Positions 19,395 to 29,902 are shown, counted from the stretch's first letter. The stretch is DNA of 64,000 bases from Myxococcota bacterium (GCA_965140415.1 OZ223209.1:4608001-4672000), one strand, 5' to 3'. A program made the numbers and translations. Notes: a model not told the origin generated them from the letters alone.

Positions 19395-21131
19395 CTACTC
19401 GATTCCATATTTCTTCATTTTACGATACAGCGTGACACGATTCATCCCGAGATACGCCGCCGCCTGACTGCGGTTCTGCTGGTTCAGGCGCAAGGCTTCC
19501 CGGATCAGATGCTCTTCTCCCGATTCGGTTTCATCCTGTGAAATATAGCGTTTCTGAGAAACCGTGCGTTGCAGGGGCAGGTCTTCCGGGCGGATTTTAC
19601 GACCCGGCGCCAAGGCGACGGCATATTCCAGCGCATTGATCAACTCGCGCACATTACCCGGCCAGGAATAGGAACTCATCTGACGGATTGCCGCCGGAGT
19701 CAATGACAGTCCGGGCCGATTCCGCTCCGCCGAAATCTGTTTCAACAAATGCACCGCAAGCAGGGCGACATCTTCCGCCCTTTCCCGTAAAGCAGGCATG
19801 GGGATTGGAATGACGTTGATGCGGTAGTACAGATCCTCGCGAAAGCGTCCCGCCTGCACTTCGGCTGGCAGGTTGCGATTCGTGGCGGCCAGCACGCGCA
19901 CGTCCGCCCGGCGCACTTCGTTTTCACCTAGGCGTTGATAGTCGCGTTCCTGTAAAAAGCGCAGCAGCTTGGATTGCAGCGTGATGGGCATTTCCCCGAT
20001 TTCATCCAGAAACAAGGTGCCACCCTGCGCGGCCTCGATGCGCCCTGCACGAGCTTCCTGCGCACCGGTGAAAGCCCCCTTGGCGTGTCCGAACAATTCA
20101 CTTTCCAATAGCGTTTCAGGCAAAGCGGCACAGTTGATGGCCTGAAAGGGAGCCAGGCGACGCTTGGAAAGCTGATGAATGGCGCGGGCGACGCGCTCCT
20201 TGCCGGTTCCCGATTCGCCGGTAAGCAGTACCGTGACATCGCTGACCGCCACCTGTTCGATGATCTGAAAGACGCGCCGCATCGGTTTGGAAGCGCCGAT
20301 AATTCCCATGAAGCCGGAGCGGTCACCCGGATCGGACAAAGCCTGCGCCTGGCTGCGATCCTCCAATATCAACAATGAACCGATGGCCACGCCCTGCTCG
20401 TCACGCAGCGGAGCGGCTATTTCGACGACGGGCAGCGCCTTACCCTGCGCCTGGGTGATAGCCGTGGCTCGCTCGGCCTCGTCCTCGCCCTGCTCCAGGC
20501 AATGCTGGGCGGGACAGTCCGTTTTGCAAAGGCTCGACCCGATGATGTCGTGACAGTAGCGCCCGATGGCTTCCTCGGCCCGGTAGCCGCTCATCTGCTC
20601 GGCTTTGGGCGAGAAACTGGTGATGCGCCAGTCCTGATCGATGGTCACCACGCCTTCGCGTACGCTGCGCAGAATCGCCGCCTGCAAGCGCTCCCGCTCC
20701 TCGATCTTGCTGCGCTGCAAGGTACACTGGGAGATCTGCTGGTTCAAGGCGGTTTCATCGCGCAACAGTTCCACACCCCCCAGAATCTCGCCGGATGCAT
20801 CGCGCAGAACGAAAGCGCTTTTTCGTACGTTCAACTCGCGACCATCCTTTGCGGTAAGCGTAATCGGCGTGTTTTCGATGCGCCCGCGTTGGAACAGCGT
20901 GCAGGATCGCAGGCAGCCTTCGCAGCGGATACCCGCCAGGCAATGCTGGCCAAGCACCTCCCGCTCCGAATAGCCGGTAAGCGCTTCGGCCCGCTGGTTC
21001 CAATATACAATGTTATGCTCGGCATCCACCACGAACAGGGCGTCGCCGATCGAATCGAGGAAGCGGCGCAGCAGTTCCGGATTGGAGGACAATTGGCGGA
21101 TCAGATCCAGCGATGGAAGTAGAGAGGACAC
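19395..21131 (-). CDS. Sigma-54-dependent enhancer-binding protein with two Cys-containing PAS domains, AAA+ and Fis-type HTH
   Basis: [47 protein letters not shown] and [14 protein letters not shown] 21131 follows an AGGAG RBS. Confidence 0.93.
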   Translation of the reverse strand: MSSLLPSLDLIRQLSSNPELLRRFLDSIGDALFVVDAEHNIVYWNQRAEALTGYSEREVLGQHCLAGIRCEGCLRSCTLFQRGRIENTPITLTAKDGRELNVRKSAFVLRDASGEILGGVELLRDETALNQQISQCTLQRSKIEERERLQAAILRSVREGVVTIDQDWRITSFSPKAEQMSGYRAEEAIGRYCHDIIGSSLCKTDCPAQHCLEQGEDEAERATAITQAQGKALPVVEIAAPLRDEQGVAIGSLLILEDRSQAQALSDPGDRSGFMGIIGASKPMRRVFQIIEQVAVSDVTVLLTGESGTGKERVARAIHQLSKRRLAPFQAINCAALPETLLESELFGHAKGAFTGAQEARAGRIEAAQGGTLFLDEIGEMPITLQSKLLRFLQERDYQRLGENEVRRADVRVLAATNRNLPAEVQAGRFREDLYYRINVIPIPMPALRERAEDVALLAVHLLKQISAERNRPGLSLTPAAIRQMSSYSWPGNVRELINALEYAVALAPGRKIRPEDLPLQRTVSQKRYISQDETESGEEHLIREALRLNQQNRSQAAAYLGMNRVTLYRKMKKYGIE

Positions 21132-21166
21132 GGCGTTTTCTCCTGCTGTCCAAGACGTTGCATTAT

Positions 21167-21203
21167 ATGTTGCATTGTTGCAATACTGTATACAATGCAA
21201 CAT
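21167..21203. promoter_or_regulatory. Perfect 12-bp inverted repeat; candidate upstream activator sequence
   Basis: ATGTTGCATTGT-N13-ACAATGCAACAT, with extra (T)GTTGCA half-sites at about 21157 and 21213. Confidence 0.6.
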
Positions 21204-21265
21204 GTATCACGCTGTTGCAACTGTGTCAACAAAGAAAACATAAGTAATATCAGCTATCAATAAAT

Positions 21266-21281
21266 TGGCACGCAGCTTGCT
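21266..21281 (+). promoter_or_regulatory. Sigma-54 (-24/-12) promoter
   Basis: TGGCACG-CAGC-TTGCT is an exact consensus match, 27 bp before the 21308 start. Confidence 0.9.
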
Positions 21282-21307
21282 TTGTTACACATGCGAGAGG
21301 TGAAACG

Positions 21308-21757
21308 ATGAAAGAAATGCTAGCCAACCGATATTTGCTGAATGGAGAGCCGCACAAGGCGGCGCGCCTGTATGGCGAGGCGCTGCAACGGCAACCGGGA
21401 CGCACCTCGCTTCGCTGTCGCCTGATTCTGGCGTATCTCTGGGACAGCAAAGAGCGGCAGGCGGTGCAGGAAATGCTTATCTTACTGAAACGACAGGGAA
21501 AAGACGCCTTGCAACTGTTGCAGAACGGCTGTGAAGGGTATTTGCCCTTGCAGCAAAAACCGGCGGGCGGCGAACTGACAACCTCTCTCTGGCGGCTGAT
21601 GCGCGGCGAAACGAAATTGGCGCTGGATCGGCTGCAACTCGTAAAGGAAAACGACATCCCTGAAATGACGGAATTACTTAAATTTCTGGACATGATGCCG
21701 AAACGACAGACGCCGTCTTTATTTGACGATGCGGCGGGCGAAACGGCACGAAACTAA
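21308..21757 (+). CDS. Small helical (TPR-like) hypothetical protein
   Basis: GAGGTG RBS. AARLYGEALQRQP resembles a TPR helix. Confidence 0.65.
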   Translation: MKEMLANRYLLNGEPHKAARLYGEALQRQPGRTSLRCRLILAYLWDSKERQAVQEMLILLKRQGKDALQLLQNGCEGYLPLQQKPAGGELTTSLWRLMRGETKLALDRLQLVKENDIPEMTELLKFLDMMPKRQTPSLFDDAAGETARN

Positions 21758-21769
21758 AGGAGCAAACAC

Positions 21770-22162
21770 ATGGGACTGATGAAATGGTTGGGATTGGATG
21801 GCGGCTGCAAAAAAGAGCCGGTGGAACTGACGGACAAGAACTTCAACGAGCAGGTGCGGAAATCGGATGTTCCGGTGCTGATTGACGTTTGGTCACCGGG
21901 TTGTGCGCCATGCCAGGCACTGGCACCGACCATCATGCGGCTGGCCTGCAAATACGACGGCCAGGTCAAAGTCTGCCACTTGAACACGCAAAGCGCTCCC
22001 AAAACTACCGGCAAACTGGGAGTACGCGGCACGCCGACGGTGTTGTTCATGAAGAATGGCAGTGTTGTGGAGCGCGTGGTCGGTACGCGCGGGCAGCACT
22101 TCTACGAAGAGATCATCGAAGAAGACTTATTGGATGCACCGGCTGAAGCAGCCGCGAATTGA
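21770..22162 (+). CDS. Thioredoxin-family protein
   Basis: VLIDVWSPGCAPC (CxxC) and GVRGTPT cis-Pro motif. Confidence 0.9.
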   Translation: MGLMKWLGLDGGCKKEPVELTDKNFNEQVRKSDVPVLIDVWSPGCAPCQALAPTIMRLACKYDGQVKVCHLNTQSAPKTTGKLGVRGTPTVLFMKNGSVVERVVGTRGQHFYEEIIEEDLLDAPAEAAAN

Positions 22163-22180
22163 TGAAAGTGGAGCATTCTC

Positions 22181-22402
22181 ATGCAGGAACAAGATGTTGA
22201 AACGACGCAAACGAACGACGCACCCGCCAAGCCGAAACGGCGCTGGAAGCGGTTTTTAATCGGCGCGGTGATCGGCGCTGGATTGGGACTGGCCTACTAC
22301 AGCTTTATCGGGTGCCAGTCGGGCGGTTGCCCCATTACGTCGAATCCCTATATTTCAACGGCGTACGGCGCGGTATTCGGCTCGCTGATCGCGGGAACAT
22401 GA
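22181..22402 (+). CDS. Small membrane protein, DUF6132-like
   Basis: Two TM segments around the IGCQSGGCPITSNP motif. Confidence 0.75.
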   Translation: MQEQDVETTQTNDAPAKPKRRWKRFLIGAVIGAGLGLAYYSFIGCQSGGCPITSNPYISTAYGAVFGSLIAGT

Positions 22403-22424
22403 CAGTAACCTCAGGAGTGTAACG

Positions 22425-23627
22425 ATGACTCTGGAATTAATGGGCGTATTTACGGCGGGACTATTGACCTTTGTGACCCCCTGCGTCTTGCCGCTGATCC
22501 CGATCTATTTGTCCGCCTTGGTTGGAGCTGATATCTCCAAAGCCGGTTCGGTCGGACGCGGCCAGCTATTGATACGCGCCCTGTTCTTTTCCACCGGATT
22601 CGTGGCCGTCTTTACACTTTTAGGATTGACCGCCTCCACTCTGGGTGCGTTCTTAACTGAGCACAAAGCCATCGTTTCCGGTGTGGGAGCGCTTTTGATT
22701 CTGGTCTTCGGCTTGAAATTCCTGGGTCTGATCCGCATTCCCTTATTCGACCGCATCGTGCGCGGCGACGACACTAAACTACAAACGCGCTTCGGCTCGA
22801 TCAACGCCCTGGTGATGGGCGTGGTGTTTGCGGCGGGCTGGAGCCCCTGCGTCGGTCCGGTATTGGGTTCGGTGCTGACTTACACCGCCAGCACCACTTC
22901 CGATCCGCTTACGGGCGCCGGTTTTTTGGCCGTATACGGGGTAGGCTTTGCGGTGCCATTATTGATCACCGCCATCTTCGCCGAGGCGGGCATCACGTTT
23001 TTGAGACGCATCAATCCTCATCTGCCCAAGATCGAGCGCGCCATTGGAATTCTGCTGGTCTTCGTTTCGCTGTCATTATTGATGGACTTGTGGGGCGAGG
23101 TAAATGCACCGGTCGATACGGCCCAGGCGCAGACCGCTAACGAGCAACTGGTGCTGGATGAACAGGGCGAACTCTGGCCGGTGATGGTGGAATTCTACTC
23201 GAAGGACTGCACGATCTGCCAGCGCATGAAACCGGTAGTCGACGGCATCATCAACCAGTGCGACGGCAACCAGGTGCTCGTCAAGCAGATTGACATTTCC
23301 GATCCGGAAAACCGGCACTTCGCCAAACGTTATCGGCTGGTGGGCGTTCCAACCTTCCTCTTTATCCGCATGGACGGTTCCGAAGCGGCGCGACTGGTAG
23401 GAGAACAGACGGAAAGCTCGTTGAAGCAGGGCTTATCGGCGCTGCGCGGCAAACCCTGTCCGGGACTGGCGGCACTGCCCTTTGAAACGAATGAGCTTAC
23501 CGGCGAGACGAGCTATTCCTTCCCGGAACAGCAAGAAAATGCTGGTAACTGCGAGGCGGATTCCGCACATGATTCGACGCATCTGGCCAAAGGTGAACAA
23601 GCGGCAGGCGGAAGCTGTGAGAACTAA
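22425..23627 (+). CDS. ccdA: CcdA/DsbD-like transmembrane disulfide reductase fused to a thioredoxin domain
   Basis: TPCVLPLIP and WSPCVGPVLG motifs. C-terminal EFYSKDCTIC...GVPTF thioredoxin domain. Confidence 0.85.
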   Translation: MTLELMGVFTAGLLTFVTPCVLPLIPIYLSALVGADISKAGSVGRGQLLIRALFFSTGFVAVFTLLGLTASTLGAFLTEHKAIVSGVGALLILVFGLKFLGLIRIPLFDRIVRGDDTKLQTRFGSINALVMGVVFAAGWSPCVGPVLGSVLTYTASTTSDPLTGAGFLAVYGVGFAVPLLITAIFAEAGITFLRRINPHLPKIERAIGILLVFVSLSLLMDLWGEVNAPVDTAQAQTANEQLVLDEQGELWPVMVEFYSKDCTICQRMKPVVDGIINQCDGNQVLVKQIDISDPENRHFAKRYRLVGVPTFLFIRMDGSEAARLVGEQTESSLKQGLSALRGKPCPGLAALPFETNELTGETSYSFPEQQENAGNCEADSAHDSTHLAKGEQAAGGSCEN

Positions 23628-23641
23628 GCTGGTAGGCATTT

Positions 23642-23997
23642 GATGGGCAAGGCAATTGCCCATCCTACTTGTTTTACATTATCCTCATTCGTATAACTTG
23701 GTAGGTCGGACAGATTTTCTGTCCGACCTACGAAACTGGGTATCCTCTTTGCGGTTACCGGCGCATTCTGCCTGCTCAACTGGCTACTTCATGCCAACCG
23801 CAATCTTCGACAGGTTGCCGGATCTTAAATGACAGTACAACTGGGGGCGCGGTTTCTCGGCATTTAAAGAATGGCGGGAAACCCTGTCGTTTTTATGATA
23901 GACTTTTCTCTTGAATCATCCAATTAGCGGTGTCGGATGGGAATTTGTGATTCCCATAGTTGATCAATATGCTTTGATGGGTAAAACAATTGCCCAT
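23642..23997. repeat. Cluster of GTAG-type REP-like palindromes
   Basis: GATGGGCAAGGCAATTGCCCATC-CTAC (23642-23668), GTAGGTCGGACAGA-TTT-TCTGTCCGACCTAC (23701-23731) and a degenerate GATGGGTAAAACAATTGCCCAT (23976-23997). Confidence 0.7.
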
Positions 23998-24077
23998 TGC
24001 ATTGGGCTATGGAACAGGTGTGAAATTATTTCATACGATAGACGATAGAGGCAGCCTGAAAAGGAAGGGAATTGATT

Positions 24078-25358
24078 ATGGATGCTCTGCAACGATTCAG
24101 TTTGGGATTTAGTCGTTTTTTTAAAACGGAAGCAGCATCCGGAATCCTGTTGGCTCTGGCGGCCTTGGTCTCTCTGATCCTGGCGAATTCCTCTTTTGCC
24201 GAGAGCTTTCGTGCCGTATGGGAAACCCATTTGACCATTGGTCTGGGTTCTTTTGTACTGGATTATCCACTGTGGTATTGGATCAACGATGCACTGATGG
24301 CGATTTTCTTCTTTGTGGTAGGTCTGGAAATCAAGCGTGAACTCGTCCACGGAGAACTCAACGAACCTCGCAAAGTAGTGTTGCCGCTGGTAGCCGCCGT
24401 TGGCGGCGCGATGATCCCGGCGCTGATCTACCTGGGTCTGAATCCGATGGGCGAGGCCGGTCGCAGCGGCTGGGCGGTTCCCATGGCCACCGACATCGCC
24501 TTTGTCGTGGGCGTTCTCGCCCTGATGGGAAAGCGCATCCCTTCCGGCTTGCGCGTGTTTCTTCTCTCTCTGGCCATCGCGGATGATCTCATCGCGGTGC
24601 TGATCATCGCCTTGTTTTACACCGGCGATCTCAACCTGCTGGCGCTTGGGCTTTCTATCGGAGGACTGATACTGGTCGCCGTTATGAATCGTTTGGGCGT
24701 TCGAAGCATCGGCGTATACATCCTCGCCGGTTCGTTAGTCTGGCTGGCATTTCTAAAGAGCGGCGTTCATCCCACGGTAGCCGGAGTGGCCCTGGGCTTA
24801 CTGACTCCCGCAAAGTCGCTGTATGGTCCCCACACCTTGCAAGGCACGCTTCATCAGTTTCTGGAGCGCCTGAAGCGGACCGACTCGACGGCTACCGGCG
24901 TTGACAAGCGAGAGGCCGAGGAAATTCTTCGCGAAAGCAGCTCGCCGCTGCACCGGATCGAACATGCCCTGCATCCCTTTGTGGCTTTCGGAATCATGCC
25001 GCTTTTCGCACTGGTCAACGCGGGGGTACCGCTGAGTCCTGAAAGTATGGGACATTCGGTGGCGGTCGCCGTCGCTCTCGGACTGGTTTTGGGTAAGCCC
25101 GCAGGTATAGCTCTTTTCGCGTTTGTAGCCGTAAAGCTCGGATTAGCTGCGCTACCCAACCGAGTGCGCTGGTTGCACGTACTCGGCGGCGGCGCACTCA
25201 GTGGAATCGGATTTACGATGGCTTTGTTCATTGCCAATCTGGGTTTGCAGGATAGTCTGCTCGAAGCCGCCAAGGCCGGCATCGTGCTGGCTTCGGCTAT
25301 CAGCGCAAGCGTCGGCGTCGCCCTGCTGCTGGTCGCCACCAGAAAAGAAGCTGCATAA
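24078..25358 (+). CDS. nhaA: Na+/H+ antiporter NhaA
   Basis: WINDALMAIFFFVVGLEIKRE, PMATDIAF, LAIADD, SGVHPTVAG and GIGFTMALFI. Confidence 0.96.
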   Translation: MDALQRFSLGFSRFFKTEAASGILLALAALVSLILANSSFAESFRAVWETHLTIGLGSFVLDYPLWYWINDALMAIFFFVVGLEIKRELVHGELNEPRKVVLPLVAAVGGAMIPALIYLGLNPMGEAGRSGWAVPMATDIAFVVGVLALMGKRIPSGLRVFLLSLAIADDLIAVLIIALFYTGDLNLLALGLSIGGLILVAVMNRLGVRSIGVYILAGSLVWLAFLKSGVHPTVAGVALGLLTPAKSLYGPHTLQGTLHQFLERLKRTDSTATGVDKREAEEILRESSSPLHRIEHALHPFVAFGIMPLFALVNAGVPLSPESMGHSVAVAVALGLVLGKPAGIALFAFVAVKLGLAALPNRVRWLHVLGGGALSGIGFTMALFIANLGLQDSLLEAAKAGIVLASAISASVGVALLLVATRKEAA

Positions 25359-25469
25359 GCTTGGTGATTCTTGTGACAGTTCTCAGCCCTGCGATTATCG
25401 TTGTAGCGGGTCGGGTGATTTTCTGCTAAAATAACCTCATTCATGTAAAATTGGAAGCTTAGGTGAGTA

Positions 25470-26411
25470 ATGCAAGAAATAACAAAAGTTACTAGACGTT
25501 ACCTGTTTGAAGCGTTGAACAATAGTATGATAGAGAACAAACACAAAGGTGATAGTGTGTGGTATTGGGCTGGACGACTTGAAGAATCTGAGTTTTTAGC
25601 TCGCTTATACAATATTGAAGAAATGCCGTCCACTGATCCCCGTTTTAAAAATGCCGAGGGTGATATCTGGCAACATCGTGTTAATAATCCTTTTGATTGG
25701 CCGGATGACTGGATTTTTAATGACGAGCGATTCAAACTACAGGATGGCCGCGACGAAATCCTGCTTCAATTTCTTTGTGAAATGCTTCATCCAGAAGTAA
25801 TTCAGAATCAGTCTGATGCAACTAAAATTGTCACCCTAATCAATAACCATGTAGGAAATGATGGCTGGGAGTTGTATGAAAAAGAATCAATCTCCATGTG
25901 CCCTGTATGGGGATACCGCCGGACAACAACTGCAAGGAATAACCATCTTCAAGAAGTGAAGCAATCCTTTATCGATCTCAATAGCAACTATCTTCAACAA
26001 CAAATCGATGAGATGCAGAAAGATATCACTGATAATCCTACAGCAGCTATTGGGAATGCCAAAGACTTCATTGAATCAGTATGCAAAGCGATTTTGAATG
26101 AAAAAGGATTTGACGAATTGGAAAAATTAGTTTTCCCCAAACTGGTCAAGAAGACTTTGGAGAAATTGAATTTGGTTCCCGAAAGCGTTTCAGAATATAA
26201 AAAAGGTGCTAAAACCATAAAAATACTTCTGAACAATCTCGTAGCTATCACTGAGGGGTTACGTAAACTACGTAAATATTATGGATCAGGCCACGGGAAA
26301 ACACCATCTTTCAGAGGTCTTCTTCCGCGCCATGCGCGGCTTGCAGTTGGAGTGGCTTCTACCTTTGCTATCTTTGTATATGAAACATACAAGGAACAGG
26401 AGAATCCATGA
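25470..26411 (+). CDS. Abortive-infection (AbiJ-like N-terminal domain plus Abi_C/HEPN-like) protein
   Basis: GDIWQHRVNN..DWPDDWIF..FLCEMLHPEV N-domain, AIGNAKDFIESVCK and RKYYGSGHG..PRHARLAV. Visibly AT-richer than its neighbours. Confidence 0.8.
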   Translation: MQEITKVTRRYLFEALNNSMIENKHKGDSVWYWAGRLEESEFLARLYNIEEMPSTDPRFKNAEGDIWQHRVNNPFDWPDDWIFNDERFKLQDGRDEILLQFLCEMLHPEVIQNQSDATKIVTLINNHVGNDGWELYEKESISMCPVWGYRRTTTARNNHLQEVKQSFIDLNSNYLQQQIDEMQKDITDNPTAAIGNAKDFIESVCKAILNEKGFDELEKLVFPKLVKKTLEKLNLVPESVSEYKKGAKTIKILLNNLVAITEGLRKLRKYYGSGHGKTPSFRGLLPRHARLAVGVASTFAIFVYETYKEQENP

Positions 26412-26477
26412 AATTCTGTAATACAACATCATCATTGAGTCGGGTAGGTTGGTTGCTCGTCACCCGATTATTATCCT

Positions 26478-27281
26478 TCACATCAACCGATGCGATTCGG
26501 GGATGAGACGCAGTAGCTGCGCCGGGGGAGGATCGTCCCGGTAGAAAACCTTGACCATTTGCAGGCCCTGCGCGGGAGCGGTGGGTCCGGCGGCGTTGCG
26601 GTCGCAGGCCGATAGCACCATGCGCATGTGTTCGGCGGGCATCTGCCCCAACCCGACCTGCACCAGCGTTCCAACGATGTTGCGGACCATCTGCTTTAAA
26701 TACGCCGTAGCGAAGATCTCGACCAGGATGCGCTCGTCGTGAATGCGGCGGATGTCTAACAGGTAGATGTGGCGCATGGTGTGTTTCGCCGCGCAGCCGG
26801 AAGCCTGAAACGAGGCGAAGTCGTGCTCGCCGATTAAAAACTCCGCCGCCTGCTGCATGGCTTCGATGTCCAGTGGGTTTTTGATGTGCCAGCTACGGTG
26901 CCGCAATAGCGGCGAGGGCATCGGGCGATTCAGAATGGAATACTGATAGATTTTCCCGCGTGCGGCGCGCCGGGCGTCGAAATCGGCTGCGGCTTCTACG
27001 GAAGAGAGAATCGTGATGTCGTCGGGCAGGCGGCTATTGATGGCCGCCGCCATTTTTTCGGAGGGAATCGTGCAGTCGGTATCGAAATGCGCCACCTGGC
27101 CCCGCGCATGTACCCCGGCATCGGTGCGGCCCGCCGCGAACACGCGCAGGCGCTCTCCCGTGACCGCTTCGATCGCCCGTTCGATTTGATCCTGAATGGT
27201 CTGCTCGCCGTTGGCCTGTACCTGCCAGCCGGAATAGGCGGTGCCGTCGTATTCGATAACCACGCGGATTCTGCGGCTCAC
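26478..27281 (-). CDS. truA: tRNA pseudouridine(38-40) synthase TruA
   Basis: YDGTAYSGWQ, AGRTDAGVHARGQV, GEHDFASF, QMVRNIVG and TAPAQGL. Confidence 0.97.
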   Translation of the reverse strand: MSRRIRVVIEYDGTAYSGWQVQANGEQTIQDQIERAIEAVTGERLRVFAAGRTDAGVHARGQVAHFDTDCTIPSEKMAAAINSRLPDDITILSSVEAAADFDARRAARGKIYQYSILNRPMPSPLLRHRSWHIKNPLDIEAMQQAAEFLIGEHDFASFQASGCAAKHTMRHIYLLDIRRIHDERILVEIFATAYLKQMVRNIVGTLVQVGLGQMPAEHMRMVLSACDRNAAGPTAPAQGLQMVKVFYRDDPPPAQLLRLIPESHRLM

Positions 27282-27311
27282 GTGCTCCCTCCTTATGATA
27301 AGAGGATCGGC

Positions 27312-28331
27312 CTAGAATTCGAACAGCAACCCCACCATGAAATGATGATCGGACAGATCGAACGACGATCCCGACCAGAAATCGTTGATCATGGCGTAGT
27401 TACCTTCCACGTACAGATACGTATTGTTCACGCCGACATCCTGATCGAATTCCGTGGCGACGCTTGGATCGATGAAGTCCAGACAGATCTGCAAGCCGTA
27501 GGAAACGTGCATGCCGAAGGTGCCGCCGTAGCCCTTGTGCTTGTCGCCGCTGGTGCTGTCGGTGTAGCTGGCGATATGGTCGTCGTTATCCAGCACGAAC
27601 CAGAGATTGTAGTCGAAACCGAACTTGACGTAAGGAGCCAGAGGAACCTGATATCGTTCCCAAAGATAGGTAAAGCGATACACCGCCGAGAGTTTCAGCG
27701 GAACCATGTACATGGTGGTGCTGTCGTTGGACTGCTCCCCGGTGGTTTCGAACAAGCCCTTGCCTTTGGTGCGGAAATATCCGACTGCCGGTTCGATACC
27801 GAAGGTGCCGACGCCCTGGTAGATCAGATATTCGAAACCGAGTTGGAAGGTGAATTCCATATCGTCGCCGAAAATATCCGCAGCGGGAGAGGCATTGCTG
27901 AATTCGTCGTCGATGTGACGCAGCTTGTACCCGCCGAAAGCGATATGCGCGGTCCAGCTTCTGGGAGATTCGCTGGTATTGCGCCAGTCTTCGGTGGCAA
28001 GCTTCATTTCCACGTCTTCCTGCTCCGCTCGCAATTCCTCCGAGGTGCGCTCTTCTTCTGCCGGAGGCTCTTCTTCAATCGCCTGCTCATACGCGGCTTC
28101 ATCCTGCCCCGCTTCAACGGCCTGGCCGGAATCCTGCGCCTCTTGCACGTCACCCGTTTCAACCAGCTCGGGTTCCTGTTCGCTTTCCTGAATTTCAGAA
28201 CCGATCAGGTCGGAGTCGTCTTCTTGTAACAGGGTATCGTCTTCCGCTTGTTCCTGCGCCCAGAGCATGGACTGCATACCAAACAGAACCAGAACAAGCG
28301 CCAACAAGCATAGCCAGCTTCGTTTCATCAT
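27312..28331 (-). CDS. Outer-membrane beta-barrel protein (MXAN_2562-like) with acidic N-terminal extension
   Basis: Signal peptide, VPLKLSAVYRF, PYVKFG, LDFIDP..DVGVNNTYL and C-terminal GLLFEF. Confidence 0.7.
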   Translation of the reverse strand: MMKRSWLCLLALVLVLFGMQSMLWAQEQAEDDTLLQEDDSDLIGSEIQESEQEPELVETGDVQEAQDSGQAVEAGQDEAAYEQAIEEEPPAEEERTSEELRAEQEDVEMKLATEDWRNTSESPRSWTAHIAFGGYKLRHIDDEFSNASPAADIFGDDMEFTFQLGFEYLIYQGVGTFGIEPAVGYFRTKGKGLFETTGEQSNDSTTMYMVPLKLSAVYRFTYLWERYQVPLAPYVKFGFDYNLWFVLDNDDHIASYTDSTSGDKHKGYGGTFGMHVSYGLQICLDFIDPSVATEFDQDVGVNNTYLYVEGNYAMINDFWSGSSFDLSDHHFMVGLLFEF

Positions 28332-29902
28332 TGCCGCACCTCCTTTCGGGAACCGCGCCGAACGAAGAGGTACAACCCCATCAAGAACATCAGTCCGCAG
28401 AACAGACAGATAAGCTGGGAGGTAGGATTAAGCAGATAGGCAAACGACAAGCCCATGACGACCGGATACAGCGCGCCGCGCACGACTTGAGCCGCAGCCG
28501 GTGATTCGGCCACGATTTTCGCCAGCGGTGGGCTGTAGTGGTAGTACAGGGAAATGAATTGGCGTCCCATGGAGAACTTCTTCAGCACGCCATCTCTGAA
28601 CTGGCGCAGCAGCATCACTTCATCTTCCGAATACGAACCGTAGGCCGCCGTGGCGATAAAGCAGAAACCACCCTTTTCCTTGCCGCCGCTTTCCTGGTAA
28701 TCCTCCCAGAAATCGGCCACTTCCAGCGGAATGCCGGTGATCGGATCGGACCAGTACTGGCTGATATTGCCGGCGTAGTCGATAGCGCGCGCCCGGATTT
28801 CGTATTCGACGTTGTTTTCCAACCCGGTGATGGTGTAGGAGGTATTGTCTTTTGCTTCCGTACCATCCGGAACCGGATCGATGCAGCCTTCCAGCTCTTC
28901 CACGCTGGTATCGTCGCCGTCGGTCGTGGTGTCGCCGTCGGTCGTGGTGTCGCCGTCAGTTGTGGTGTCGCCATCAGTCGTGGTATCGCCATCGGTTGTG
29001 GTATCGCCATCGGTTGTGGTGTCACCATCGATGATGGTATCGCCATCAGCGATGTCGCCATCCGTAACGAGATCACCATCGGTAACCAGATCACCATCGG
29101 CTGAATTCGTATCCCCATCGGCAACCGTGTCGCCATCCACAGGAGTTTCATTGGCATCCATATCGCCGTCTTCGGTGATTTCGCTTTCCGCTTCCGAGTC
29201 GTCATCGCCGTCGGTGGCGCGCAATCCCGCTGACAACAGCGACGTGTCCGATACATCCGACAATTTGCGTACGCAGAATTGAATGCGAACCGCTTCTTCC
29301 GCTTCGCCGCTGTTTTCGGAAACGATTTCCTCCCAGGAAACTTCCAGGCTGCCCTCGCCCGGCACCGGATCTTCAAGCAATACCACGGTATCGGGCGGAT
29401 CTTTGTCGACACGAATCGTCAAGGTCTGGGAATCACTACCGTTTACGGTGGTATCCGTGTCGGTATCGGTGTCGGTGTCGTAGTCGCCATCCGTGGTAGT
29501 GGTTGTATCTTCCTCGGACCAGACGACCTTGACCTCTACCGTGTAGTTGTATTGCAGATTCGAGGAATCCGTGCTGGAATCCGTACGAATCTGATTGGTG
29601 GTAAAGGCCACCGTGGCGGTGGTGCCGGAAAACTCGCCGCTATCGAAGGCCGTGCTGTTGGTCGAGGAATCGTAGTATAATTCCCATTTATCCACCGTCG
29701 TGCCGGAATCCTTTGTGTAACGCATTTTCAGCGTCACCACGGAACTTTCCGCACCGACGTAGATTTTGGTCAGATCCTCGACCTCCTCGCCGTCTACCAG
29801 CACTTCATACACATCGATTGTGGCATCCGCAAAAGCCGTAACCGGTATCAACGTCAACAGGACAACCAGCCAAAGCGACAGGCGCGTACCTGGTCCAAAC
29901 AT
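28328..29902 (-). CDS. Exported protein with DGD repeats, FN3-like segments and a CFI-box-CTERM-like anchor
   Basis: Signal peptide and YTITGLENNVEYEIRARAIDYAGN (FN3-like). GGFCFIATAAYGS..LRQFRD..FISLYYHYSPPLA is followed by a TM helix and RR. Confidence 0.8.
   Translation of the reverse strand: MFGPGTRLSLWLVVLLTLIPVTAFADATIDVYEVLVDGEEVEDLTKIYVGAESSVVTLKMRYTKDSGTTVDKWELYYDSSTNSTAFDSGEFSGTTATVAFTTNQIRTDSSTDSSNLQYNYTVEVKVVWSEEDTTTTTDGDYDTDTDTDTDTTVNGSDSQTLTIRVDKDPPDTVVLLEDPVPGEGSLEVSWEEIVSENSGEAEEAVRIQFCVRKLSDVSDTSLLSAGLRATDGDDDSEAESEITEDGDMDANETPVDGDTVADGDTNSADGDLVTDGDLVTDGDIADGDTIIDGDTTTDGDTTTDGDTTTDGDTTTDGDTTTDGDTTTDGDDTSVEELEGCIDPVPDGTEAKDNTSYTITGLENNVEYEIRARAIDYAGNISQYWSDPITGIPLEVADFWEDYQESGGKEKGGFCFIATAAYGSYSEDEVMLLRQFRDGVLKKFSMGRQFISLYYHYSPPLAKIVAESPAAAQVVRGALYPVVMGLSFAYLLNPTSQLICLFCGLMFLMGLYLFVRRGSRKEVRQ
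28912..29150 (-). repeat. Coding tandem repeat (mostly 18 bp) encoding DGDTTT/DGDLVT
   Basis: Repeated GTCGCCRTCRGTYGTG units on the plus strand. Confidence 0.9.
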
